DNA of 64,000 nucleotides. Origin: the human T2T-CHM13v2.0 reference genome, Homo sapiens. Each line of letters begins with the position of its first letter. The first letter of the stretch is position 1. The stretch is from the NCBI RefSeq assembly GCF_009914755.1, contig NC_060935.1. One strand, written 5' to 3'. The position numbers and the translations under genes are program-made. Below are positions 28,456 to 43,097 of the stretch, piece by piece. Under the pieces are notes generated by a model. It saw only the letters and a list, made by a program, of their open reading frames with translations. It ran no database searches and had not been told where the DNA came from.

Positions 28456-28740
28456 CTGTGCTGTCCAGTGCTGTGGCCACAGCCACATGCTGTGCTGTAA
28501 GCACAAAATGCACATCAGATTTCAAACACTCAGTACAAACGCAAAAATCATGTAAAATATCCCACTGATCATTTGTATATTGAAGTATACATTGAAATTA
28601 TAATGTTTTGGATATATTGAGTTAAATAAAATGTTTTAAGATTAATTTCATCTGTTTATTTGTACCATTTTTAAACTATGGTTACTAGAACATTTAAATT
28701 TACATATGTTGCTGCATTATATTTATTTCTTTTGGACAGC
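28456..28740. mobile_element. MER3/MER33-like hAT-Charlie fossil
   Basis: CTGTGCTGTCCA...GCCACAGCCACATG start and ...TTGGACAGC end (inverted termini). A similar copy lies at about 45349-45559. Confidence 0.6.
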
Positions 28741-30332
28741 AAACTTACTTTCTAGATTTCATGATTAGTCTAGAGATTTAATTGTGAAGATTTATCTAGA
28801 AGTCAGGGGAACACTGGCCTGGGCACAATGTAAGGTAGACCCTGCGTCTCTGAACGCCTTTTCCAGCAGCTACAGAGTTGCCTGCGGACGGACAGGTGAT
28901 TATCTTGTGGTAATAATATAGAAAAGTGTGCTCCTCTCTGGGGCTCTTCTACCCATCGTTCCTGAAATGTATGCTGCTCAAATCCTCATCCCATCAAAGG
29001 GTTCTCAGGAAATATCAAAGGGTTAAAAGGGATGTACCAAAAAATGCTCAAATCTCTTCTACTATAACTCCTTTGAACAGGGCATCTTCCTGCTACCTGG
29101 GAAAGACAAGACACCCTCTACTAAGGAAAGCTTCCCTACAATTTCCTGTTCCCACGCAGTTACCAAAGTTGATCAAAGGAGAATACAGGCCTAGAAGGCT
29201 GGATTTCCATATCAAGACCCCCCAGTTTTCTCCTTGTAACAACCTGTGCAGTAGGTATAATCATCTTTGTTTTATAAGTGGAGAAATTGAGGTTCACCAT
29301 GGTGAAATGACCTGCCCAAAATCTCAGTGAGTACATGGCAGAGCCCAGACTCAAACCCGAATCCCTTGTACTCTAATTCTAGAATTCTTTCTAATATTCC
29401 TAATCCTGTTTTTTAAAGAATGCTAGCTCTCTTTGGACAAAAGCCCCAACAGATGGAGTCCAGCCCTTGGAGTTCTTTTCAATTGCATGGATGCCTTGCA
29501 GCTACCGGGCTGAAGCATGGGGGTGCTGGCATGGCTGTGGGGACTAGTCGGGGAGGGGGCTCGCCAAATATCCAGCAGAGCTAGCCCTTAAGCCAGACCT
29601 CCTGGACAGAAGCAGAGAAGATAAGTGGCCATTTTAAAACCAAGGCCAATTTTCTCCCAAACAGGACTAGCTGCCAGGAAACAGTATAGAATGCAGTCAT
29701 GTCAAAGAGCACTGGACATGGAGTCTAAAGGTAGAGGTTCATGTATAAGACTCTATCGCAGATGCACATGACCCGGGCTTAGATGTGAGAAATGACTTAT
29801 CGAAAGTCACGTGAGTCAGGCAGGACCAGACTCACAAGGTCTCAAGGTTCTCAAGGTTCTCAAGGTTCAAGCCACAAGGTCTCAAGGTTCTCCCTATTTT
29901 TGACATGTGTGAGTCAGTGTCTGGCGGGTAATGGTCAGGATTTCTTTCATGCAGTTACTGGTGCCCAGGCCCTGAAATGCTTCCCTCTCTGACTCTTACA
30001 TACAGAGTTGGCATGTGTTGCCCCCCTGCCTGACATAGGTTCTCTCTCAGACAAGACCAGTCACAGCTGGCTTCAGTCACAGCTGACCAGAAGGGGCAAC
30101 ATAGACAGCCAAATCCATCCTGGCTTCAGATAAGTGCTGGCTTCCTTTCTCTGCCAAGTCACATGTTGTCAATGTCGCCATGGGGTCAAAGTTTTCCCTA
30201 CAGAGAGCAGTGACAGGCTAGCTTGTTCTGACGTTGAGCTACAGGAAAATGAATGGCCTCTGAGCTGGGCAAGCAGTTGAAGCAAGGGTATTCAGGAGAG
30301 CACCATCTTTTCTTGGTGGAGCCCAAGAGTTA

Positions 30333-30725
<393 letters not shown>

Positions 30726-31674
30726 TTAGTGTTTCATTTATTCATTCATTTAGCAAACAGCTACTGTGTGCTAGTCATTAAATAAGCTCAGACACTTAGA
30801 TGGCTTTGGGTAATCACTTTACCACTTGGGAACTCAGTTTCTTCTCCTGTTAAATTTCAGTAACATCTATTCCTATGTATCTCACAGGGCTCCCGGAAGG
30901 AATGAATAGGCTAATTTCATGTACATAAAAGTATATACAAAGATCGTTTTTTTTTTCATCTCAAGTTTAAAAAATTATCCCATCAGAACTGGGAATCATC
31001 TGTGAAGATGGTATTTTCTTCTTGTCTAGCTAAGAGCTTCTCAAATCACCTTAGACCTTGCTAAATGCAGATTCTGGTTTGGTAGATCTGGGGAGAGGCA
31101 GGAAATTCTGCATTTCTAACAGACTCCAGGCAATATTGATGCTGCTGGCAGTGGACTACATTTTGGGTAGCAAAATCTTAGCTTATCTTGCTGATAGAAA
31201 AGCATATTAATAATATATAAAATCTCCTATTCCAAGTTATTCCTCATATCCATACATTCCTTTTTAAGAATATAATCACCTAGGCTATAAGATATATTGG
31301 CACTACACTAGGTCAGTAGTTGGAAACTTGCTTTCTGCTTTCAGGGCTACCCTCTACCTGCTGTTCATATCAGGATGAACTACATAGCTTAACTTTATAC
31401 CTGTTTTCCCACCTATACAGTTATTCTTTTCCCTGCTGCTTTAGTGTCCTTTAGAAAATCAAACGACATGATGTGCAGGAAGGTCCCACAGAGTTCACAG
31501 TGCTCAACAGGAGCCAGACCATGGTGCTGACATGTCCTCCTGCACCATTGGAGACATTCAGCTACAAGGAGCTGCTAATAGCCACAGCCCCAGGACTGTC
31601 ATTGTCTCCTCACCACAGGATTACATTTAAGAGATATTAACCAAAGAAAATTATTTAAAAAAATAATTGTCCTC

Positions 31675-31992
31675 TGTATTTTTAGTAGAGACGGGGTTTC
31701 ACCATGTTGGCCAGGCTGGTCTCAAACTCCTGACCTCAAGTGATCTGCCCGCCTTGGCCTTCCAAAGTGCTGGAATTACAGGCTTGAGCCACCGTGCCCG
31801 GCCTAAACAAAAATTAGCCAGGTGTGGTGGTGGGCACCTGTAATCCCAGCTGCTTGAGAGGCTGAGGAAAGAGAATCACTTGAACCCAGGAGGCGGAGGT
31901 TGCAGGGAACCAAGATTGTACCACTGCACTCCAGCCTGGGCAACAGAGCGAGACTCCGTCTCAAAAAATAAATAAATAAATAAAATAGTAAT
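31675..31992. mobile_element. Alu with an inverted left monomer (31675-31803, -) and a forward right monomer plus tail (about 31807-31992, +)
   Basis: A single 13-nt direct repeat AATAATTGTCCTC at 31662-31674 and 31993-32005 brackets both parts. Confidence 0.9.
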
Positions 31993-32540
31993 AATAATTG
32001 TCCTCATCTGCATATGTTTTTAGTATGAATCCAAGTTTTCAGTTTCCTCAAAGCAGAACTAAAATAAGCCATTGATGTTAAATGAAACTTCTGAAATTCA
32101 GCTGCCCAGGGGAGCTGCATTTTCACTGGGATCCTCTGGTTTCTAAGAAGCCTAGTGTGTCATGACATGGAGCACTATCCAGCCATTCTGAGTGGCTGCT
32201 TGTGACCTTCACTTTCCCTTCTGGGAAGCCAGTCACCTTCTTATAATAGTTGGCGATTAACACTAAGCCCTCCTGGGTCAACTGGTCCGGATTGTATCTC
32301 ACAGTCTCATAACAAAGGCAGTTTTTTGCTAAGAAACAGAAAGTAAATAGCAAACAGACCACTGAACCTGATACTAGGTCTAGAAGGAATGTTTCTATCT
32401 AAATATTCCCCCAAAGAGCTTTTCCTGCTTAGAAAAACTGTGAGGTTAGCCAGGAACATCCTATCCTTCCTCTCACAGAAGTAGGATCTTCTGCTAATTC
32501 AGTAAAATTTTAGAAAAGAACTTTAAAAAAGGAAACATTG

Positions 32541-32843
32541 GGCTGGGCATGGTGGCTCACACTTACAATCCCAGGACTTTGGGAGGCCAAGGCAGGAGGA
32601 TCACTAGCCCAGGAGTTTGAGACCAGCCTGGGCAACATAGTGAGGCCCCTGTCTCTACCCCACCCCCCAAAAAATTACCCTGGTGTGGTGGCATGCTCCT
32701 GTAGTCAGTCCTAGCTACTCAGCAGGTTGAGGCAGGAGAATCACTTGAACTCAGGAGTTCTAGGCTTCAATGAGCTATGATCACACCACTCTACTTCAGC
32801 CTAAGTGACAGAGTGAGGCCCTGCCTCTAAAATAAATAAATAA
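32541..32843 (+). mobile_element. Alu (AluJ-like)
   Basis: Diverged Alu with GGAGGATCACT..GCCCAGGAGTT, typical of AluJ. Confidence 0.9.
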
Positions 32844-34129
32844 GAATTTCTTAAAAAATGGAAGCATGTGGTTTTTCTATTTCTGTAGTTCGGGTTGTTT
32901 AGGAAACTAGAAAGAGTAATGGATTTTGAGTTGAAAGACTTAGAATTAAAACTCACATTCATTCGTTCATTCATTCATTCACCCTGCATTTACTACCTGC
33001 CTATCATGTGTCAAGTACTGCACTAAGTACTCAGTGACAAAAGGGGGAAAACTTATAAAAATGAGTAGTTTGTGACCCCTGGCATTGAGAAGCCCATGTT
33101 GTAGTGAGAAAAATAGACAAGATTCAGAATGCTCTGTACCAGAGAAGAGTCTTGTGAGACATGCTACAGAAACTCAAATGACGGACTGGCTCCCCACATT
33201 TAGTCTGGGGATAAAGGCAGTGAACTGTTGGAGGGTCACAGAAGAGATCACATTCAAATGGGGGTTTGAAGGGTGAATAGGAGTTCACCAGATACAGAAA
33301 AGTGGGAAGGAATAATGCTAATGAAGTCATGCAGAGAAAAGAGCAAGCAGAAAGGCGTAGAGGCCTAAATAGCCTCTAAAATAGCCCAAATTTGTTTATT
33401 TTGGACTCCATTTAAACTACAGACTTTCAGGGCTGGAATAGATTTTTAAGATTGCTGGACCCTCTCATTTATAACCAAGGTGTATTTAAAAGTAAGCATT
33501 TAGGGATATTTTTCTTAGCCAACTTCTTTTTATACAATCCATTCTTCTCTCATTAAAGATGTTACATTTTCTAGAAAAGAATAGACTCACATAATTTTGC
33601 TCATGTTCATTTTGATCCTGAGTTTCAGCATGATACAAAATAGAGGAGAAATATAATAAATTTCCTCCAGGAACATGGCAGCGACACTTGTAAAATTAAT
33701 GATATAGAAATTTTCAATGAAAACAACCTTAGGTCAAATTTCTCACTTCAGATTTGCAGTGGAGATTTCATTGGCATGTCTTGCAAGTTAATAGGAGACA
33801 GAGATACCTCTTGGGGGATAAAAATACATATATATCTGTGTGTGTGTGTGTGTGTGGATTCATTGCCTAGGCATACTTTTCAAAATGAGAATAGGATTAC
33901 AGATAATACCTCCTTCACAAACTAATGTATCCTAGCACTGGTTGTTTTTAAGCGATCATAAATATCTGACATATATCATCAGGACTTGAAATTTAAAATA
34001 TAAATCTGTAAGTACTCTATTAATGATGCTCAGTTCCATTTCTGAAGATGGGAATGTAACCATGGAGGCTAAACAGAAGATGTCTCACAGGCCAAAAGGT
34101 AGAGGATATTTTAAAGCATCCTGAATCCA

Positions 34130-34593
<464 letters not shown>

Positions 34594-35479
34594 TTACTCA
34601 AATGGCACCAATGTGCTAATTAAGGAGCTATGATTTGAAATCCCAGTTAGGTCCTGGCTTATGAACATAACCTTTTCAGCTTCCCGCATTGCTTTGGAAT
34701 TCTTGTGTCCCAACACTCCCCTAGACACTCCCAGAATGTGAGCTTACCCTGGCAAGGTACCAAGGGATGGGCCATTTGTTTATCAGCGTTGCCTGGTACT
34801 GGCAAGGGTCATTGAAGGTGGGATACAATTATAGGCTTGCCCGTCACTCGGCCCTGTTTGTAACCTGGGTCACAATCTCCATCATACCACCTGGCACGAC
34901 TCTCTGGGCCAGTCCCTGAGATGACTATGTTGTCAAAGACAAATCGTGGGTCAAGATTGAAATGGGGGACAGTCTGGAATTTACGAGGATGAGATAGAAT
35001 GGACAGCCCTGTGACATCAACTTGGAAGAGGTTGGACTCCAGATTTGGATACTCAGATCCCGGTGAGAGACTACCTTGTGCCCACTTTTAAACTAAGATG
35101 TAACTAATACCATAGAAGAGATTATACTAGGAATGTGCTTCAGTGGGGCAGTGGGAAAAACACTGGATCAGGTGCCAGAGGCTGGAGTTCTAGTTCCATT
35201 TTGCCTCTTCGAAGCTGTGTGATCTGGGAAAACCGTTCAATCTCTCTGAACTTCAGTGTCTTCACTAGAATGAGGGCAATAATCCTTTTGATTTCACTAT
35301 TGCTGAGAGGAACCTATTAGTTCAAGTACTGTCATATCATTCTGTAAATTGTAGAGTAATATAAAATGTGAGAACCAATTAGGTTCTCCCACAATTTTAA
35401 GTTGTTATTCATCAATCTGAATTTTCAAAAGAATAACTAAACTGTGTATTTTGGGCACATTCTTCCTAATCCAACTATT

Positions 35480-35612
35480 TCTCCCTCCCTCCCTCCCTCC
35501 CTCCCTCCCTTCCTTCCTTCCTTCCTTCCTTCCTTCCTTCCCTCCTTCTTTCCATCCTTTTTCCTTTCCTTCCCTCCCTTCCTCTCTCCATCTCTTTCTC
35601 TCCCTCTTTTCC

Positions 35613-35681
<69 letters not shown>

Positions 35682-35685
35682 TTTC
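35480..35685. repeat. Compound polypyrimidine microsatellite (CCCT)n(CCTT)n..(CTTT)n
   Basis: About 205 nt with almost no purines on the + strand. Confidence 0.97.
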
Positions 35686-38600
35686 ACTACCAACTATAAA
35701 GCTGAGCAATGATGAGTTAGGGCAAAAGTGGTGGGTACATAAAATGAGCACCCAGGAGGGAACTTTAGGCCATGACTTTGGGCAGAGACCTCAAGCCACA
35801 GTGCCACAATGCCACCGTTTTCAGCTCAGTGCTAGCTCAGTTGGTCATCCTACTAGATGCCTGATTTCCTGCAGTGAGTTCAATTGTCTACACTGGCTGA
35901 AGCAAAGATTTTGGATCATAGGAACATATATATATATATGGAATCTAAGCGATAGTAATAGTCATTTCTAACTTTATTATTGAAGTTAACATGCCTGGAG
36001 CACTGCCCTTGGGTATCGTTTAATCTTCACAACAACCCTTCAAGGTAGGTACTATTATAACATTTACTTTACAGATGAGGAAATGGAGGCTTTGGGAAAT
36101 TACATTAGTCCAAGTTCATGGGACTGATATGTGTCACATGAATAGATTGGAACTTACGTTTCTCTGACTCCAAAGCTTTACATATATTATTTTATGTCAG
36201 TTGCTTTACATATATTATTTTTTAATACTTACAACAGCTGCCCAGAGCAAATTTTATTTCCATTTTTATGGATAAGAGAACTGAAGAGCTTAAGTAGCTT
36301 TTCCAAGGTCACACAGCTAGTAATTGGAAGAGCTGCCATTTAACCCCCCGTTAAGCTGGTTCTGTATCTCATGCTCCTGTTTATAACACTGGAGAGAGGA
36401 CAAGGGTCAGCACCTCCATCACCCAGACTTCCCAGTTGATGGGAATTGAGACGTGACCAATCCATTGTCTCTCCATGGGACACAGAGGGTATTCAAGGGT
36501 GGGACTAACAGGGAAACTGAATTCATTCACTGAAATCAATGACTTTCTGAGTTACGGCTGTTCAACATGGAAAGGGCTTCCTTGGAACTGGAGATTTCTT
36601 CTGCACTATTGATTTTCAGCTGAGGTGGGGACGGATGTCCAAGTGGCTGCTATACAGTGAAGTCCCTTCAAGGGTCCTTTAAGCCCTGAGACAGATTTAA
36701 GGATCTGAAAAGTGATTGAAACCTCACTTTGCAGAAAAGCTGCCCAATGGGGTGCCCTCTCAAACCCTCTCCTTTATTCACTCTTAATTTGGGTAAGAAA
36801 GATGACATAGCCACAGTGAAAACCATGGCTTTGGAAGAACCAAGCTTAAGTTCAGAAACACTAACTGTTGAACACTGGGCAAGTTGCTCAAATTCTCTGA
36901 CCCAGTGTCCTCAATGCATGTCCTCATGTAAAGACAATATGAGAAGGCTTGTCTGGGAAGGTTGTTTTCAGGTTAAAGAAGATAATAATAGCTAAGACAC
37001 CATATAGAATTACTTAATACATAGCAGGAATTGAATAATTGTAGTTACTTGCATCATGACTATTATTGTTGTTATTACATTATCTCCAGTTTTCAAGTCT
37101 GTTCTTTTAGAACAAACAACTCACTCCCTGCTTGTTTTCCATGGCCCTTCTGGTTCAGACTGTGAATCAGCTTTGTTTTTCAGCCTTTGGAGTGTGCGGT
37201 GCCCCAGGACAGGTGTGCCCAGGTCGGGGTGAGAGTCGGTCCCCTTGCGTTGTTGGATTGGGTTGGAGGCAGCATGCCTAGCCAGGGGCCCTGTAGTCTG
37301 GGGAGCTCATGCCCTTCAGTTCTCGGTGTAGGACATTCAAGGTCAGTGGCTGCTTCCTCCTGAGCTTCTGAACCCAGATATATGACGTCCTCCGGCCAGA
37401 GGCCCTTTCACAGAGCCCAGGAAGAACAGGTTGCTCATTGCCAGCATGGAAATAAACCTGAGTGTTGGCTCTCAGCCCCTTTTAAACTCAGACATGGTAG
37501 ACATACATTAAATGAAGGCTGTAGAACATGGGCATCTTACACCTTTTGTGAAATTATATCTGAAGCGTGGCCAGCTTTTACTTCCCAAAACTCACTCTTT
37601 GTTCTATTTTGACCTCTACAATTTATTTCTAAAGACCACATCATATCCCAGTTTACCTCCTGGCTCTGCCGCTTTCTCAGCCATGTGATGCTGGGCAATT
37701 CCTAAGCTTTCTAGAACTTTAGTTTCTTCCTCTGAAAAATGAGTTTTGCATAACTTTTTGTGACCCTTAAATAAGCTAGTACTCGTTCCATGCCTGCCTA
37801 GGCCATAAACGACCATCAAATCATGATCAACCCTTTCCCACAGTAAAGCTCAGAAAAGGCTCCATCCTCAATGCCCTTTAAGACCATTACTGTCTCCCTT
37901 CCTGCCATTCTTCACTGGGATGAATAACTGCAGTTTTTCACATTTGCAGGCATCACATTTCTCTTTGTGCATGAAGCCCAACCCTCTATACAGTATTTAT
38001 TCACAGATATCTGAACAGCACACTTGTAACTGGAAATCTGTCTGCCTCAAGACTTGTATTTCCTGTGTGTTATATTCCTAGCCCTGGGTCTTTCCTCTTG
38101 TAAAACAAATTAATTATCTTCTAACTCCTGGTCAGCTTCTTACCCACTCTGACCTCTGGACTTTTATCAGCACGCTTGTACTTAGCAGGAAACCCCCCCA
38201 AAACCCACTGGGTTTGGCTGTATGCCTTTTCTCAACGTTCTCACATATTTGTACGGTTATATTAAACTTTACAAAAGTACTTTCCTATACTTTATCTCAT
38301 TCAATTCTCACAAGTCCCTTTGATAGAGGTAGGCTACCCTTAGTTTTATTGTTCAGAAAATGGAAACTCAGATAAGTTAAGTGATATTCAGAGCTATAAT
38401 TTGAACGGGCTCTATAACTGATTATCTTTATTTTCTTCTTGAATATCCCAGGATTTCTGAGTTTCTATTCTATCAAGATTCTGTCTCCACTTCCTCCAAG
38501 GGAATTTTGGCTATTTGCTGGCTGAATGCTGCTGCAGCTCCCTCTTCCTTCATTCCTCTCTTCCTCCCTTCCTCCCTCCCTCCTTCTCTCTTTCCTTCCC

Positions 38601-40051
38601 CCCTTCTCTCCTTCGAAGGAGGAGGCCCCTTGCCCTGTGTCTCCTGTTTCTGATGGATGACACGTGTGTCTGGGCTGCAGAGCACCTGTCTGCCTGAACC
38701 CCAGGGAGGACACAAAGCCCTGGGGCTCAGCTACACCTCCTGCCCAATAGCCTGGGCTCATTGCCACTGACCACAAACGACTGAGTTGTTCAGAAAGGGA
38801 ACAAAGCCAAGTCATAAGACTCCCTCACATTTTCTGGATCATAAAGCAGTTCTACATGCATTGTGATGAATTGTATGTACCCAGCATTGAGATTTAATCC
38901 CAGATGTAAACTGAGGACACAGGCCATCCCCAATTTCCCACTCTTCGTGCTGTTCACTTATACCCTTCCCTGCATAGAGCTGCCTCTACCTCCCTCCAGC
39001 CCTGACATAGGAGATGGTCCATACATGCTTATTAAATTACATTGAATCGTATTGCAGAGACAAGGTTCCTCAGACCAGTAACTCAACTCCTCCTTCTTGG
39101 AGGAGTCACCACCTTGGCTCAGGAACAGGGCAGAAATTAGAGTCGGCAGCTTGGATCTTTCAGCAGCATTTCCACTCAGACCATTGCTTAAAACCTCTTC
39201 TTATTCTCAATCACACCTATGTCTGTCATTCACTGGGATATTTTAAAAAGTCCTTGACTAAAACCTAGAGGAAACAGTGGGAATCCTAACCACTGGATAA
39301 ATTATCCTCCCATTTAATAGAGCTTTTAATATATTTCAACATAGCAATGTCTTTTTGGGGTCCAGTTTTGATTAATTTCAAAAGATTAAAAGCAAACTTG
39401 TTGCTGAATATCTTTGGGATACAAAAGTCTATTTAAAATCAACAAGCCCAAAATCTCAGTCATTCACCACGACCTTTTGAATAACACCATTCCAGGTAAA
39501 TTGAGCATGGGAAAGCTGTCTTATATATTGCATCTAGTACAATCGCTTATCGCTTTGTATCTGTGCAGTACTTTACAGTTTGGAAAAAATGTCGCCAATT
39601 TATATTGATCCTTGCAGAAGAGGAGACCAAGCCCCTGAGGGCAGGAACCTTCTCAAAGTCTGTCATCCATGAATTATATGGTGGTTGTAAGACTAGAAGG
39701 TCAGCAGACTTTCCATTATTTCCTCCCGCTTTCCAGTTGTTCCAACTAAGATGACAGGAAATGTAATTCCACCACGTAAGTAGTTTTATAATGAGGATAA
39801 TTCTTTACTCATTTATCTGCCTATGAGGTCCCTTAAGCCCCCTAAATATTAACCATCCTTGCAGGAATTTTTTAATACCTGCTAGATCCACACCAGAGTC
39901 AAGTACAACTTGAGCCTCCTTGCACAGAACCAGAGAGGGTGCTGGCACTTGAGACGTAAAATGTGCTCTTACTCTATGGGACCCTTTATAGTCCAAACCA
40001 GCCACAGAACCAACCCACCTCCAGCTCAAATGTCTGCCTTGCTCCACTCAC

Positions 40052-40081
40052 CTGCCTGTGTGGACTCCGTTCAGCTCAACT
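40052..40081 (-). other. CSRP3: CSRP3 non-coding exon 1 (5' end inferred from the Inr)
   Basis: CAG|GTGAGT donor at 40046-40051. Initiator-like TCAGTT about 30 nt downstream of TATATTTAAA. Sequence matches my recollection of the CSRP3 5' UTR. Confidence 0.8.
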
Positions 40082-40560
40082 GAGTCTGAGGGGCTCTTGT
40101 CCTCTTTAAATATATGAAGGCTGTCACCAGCCTTGGCCTGCTGGGGGAAGGGCAGGAGGGAGGCCAAGGGAGAGGGTGAATGAGACGTGAGTAACACAAC
40201 TGCTATCAGGGGCTGAAAATAGACTGTGACCAAAGCCCTGAGTTTTGTCTCCCCCAACCCCCCAGCCAGCTGTGAGCCTCTTGGAGAACCGAATCACTTG
40301 GGTTCTATTTGCACTGCCAATTGCTTATGGCACCAAGGGATCAATTTATGAAGTGTGTCATTTCTGATCAAGTGGTTGGAACAGGAACAAGAGCTAAGGG
40401 TTTAACATCAAAAATCATTTCTCCAGGCCCCCACCCCACTGACCTTCCTGGAAATCATTGCAGGGTACCTGCAAATGAGTCATGTGCCATATCTGGGAGC
40501 CTCTGGAACTTAGAGCCACAGGTCACCACACTCGTGAAGAGAACTCAGAGCTAAAAATAA
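40082..40560 (-). promoter_or_regulatory. CSRP3: CSRP3 muscle promoter
   Basis: TATA-like element at 40105-40114. E-boxes CAACTG 40197-40202 and CAGCTG 40267-40272. GATA 40203-40208. MEF2-like CTGAAAATAG 40213-40222 and consensus MEF2 CTAAAAATAA 40551-40560. AP-1 TGAGTCA 40476-40482. CArG-like CCATATCTGG 40487-40496. Confidence 0.8.
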
Positions 40561-41280
40561 GGGTGATGGGTGTCTGAAACGATACTTAGATAATCTCTTC
40601 AAAGAAGCTTGGGAGAAAAAAGGTTGGCACATCACTTGGGACCTGTCACTCCATCTATCCTAGGAAACGAAGTTTTCTCTAAAAAGTTTTGATTTACTTT
40701 GTTATTATCCTTTTCTATTTAAGAATTTGATACAGCAGTGCATATTTATCATCATCACATTATATTTATAACATCTTGATATGTCTCTGTAGACCCATAT
40801 TTTCTTTGGAGGTCTAATTTTTCTTTGTCTGGAATTCACACCGTTTAAATTTGATCAAGCACCAGGGACTGATATAAATTATGGCATTGAAAAGCTGACA
40901 AGAGGTTCAGAGATGTGAAGACCAATTCTTCATGTTATAGATGAGGAAACTGAGGCACCAAGCCCCTTCCACTCATGTTGACCCGGATGTTGAGGTAAGG
41001 TACATGTAGAACCCAACCGGGAGGTTCATGATCCAGCCTTCACATCAGATATTAGCCCTTTGGTTACCTGCCCACAAAGCAATTGTTGAAGGATAGAATA
41101 TTTCACTGTCAAGAAGGTTGCAGTAATTTCACAAAGACGGCCGTGGCATAGCCTCCTATGAGATATCCGTGGTCTGTGTTTTCACTAAATGGCATCTTCA
41201 TCATAAAGACGAGGCAATCACGAGGATATTAGAAAGTTAAAGCTAGAAAGGACTTTAGAAATCGTCTAAGATAGTGGCTT

Positions 41281-41581
<301 letters not shown>

Positions 41582-41691
41582 AACCAATAGTAGCTTTAAA
41601 ATTTTTTTTGTGTGTGTGTTTGCATCAGAATACTTTTTTCTGTAGATAAGAGGAAAATCAGTATATAAAGCAGGTAAAAGAGGAGCTTCCA

Positions 41692-42835
<1,144 letters not shown>

Positions 42836-42848
42836 AGAGGAGCTTCCA

Positions 42849-43097
42849 TGCATAAGTTGGAGTTGAACAATGAGAACACATGGACACAGAGAGGGGAACA
42901 ACACACCCCAGGGCCTGCTGTGGGGTGGGGGATGGGTGAGGAGAGGGAACTTAGAGGATGGATCAATAGGTGCAGAAACCACCGTGGCACACGTATGCCT
43001 ATGTAACAAACCTGCACACTCTGCACATGTATCCCGTTTTATTTTTTTAGGAGAACAAAGGAAAAAATAAAGTTATAATTAAGCATTAAAAAATAAA
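42849..43097 (+). mobile_element. Older, short L1P 3' UTR fragment
   Basis: GAGTTGAACAATGAGAACACATGGACACAG...GTAACAAACCTGCAC, more diverged than its neighbour, with an A-rich tail. Confidence 0.85.

Noticed and set aside
33365-33385. Tandem CTAAATAG / CTAAAATAG as MEF2 sites
   Set aside because: Both are 1-2 nt shorter than the YTA(A/T)4TAR consensus.
35437-35971. Four overlapping ORFs of 72-175 aa
   Set aside because: Products of a stop-free microsatellite (SFLP and KERK repeats).
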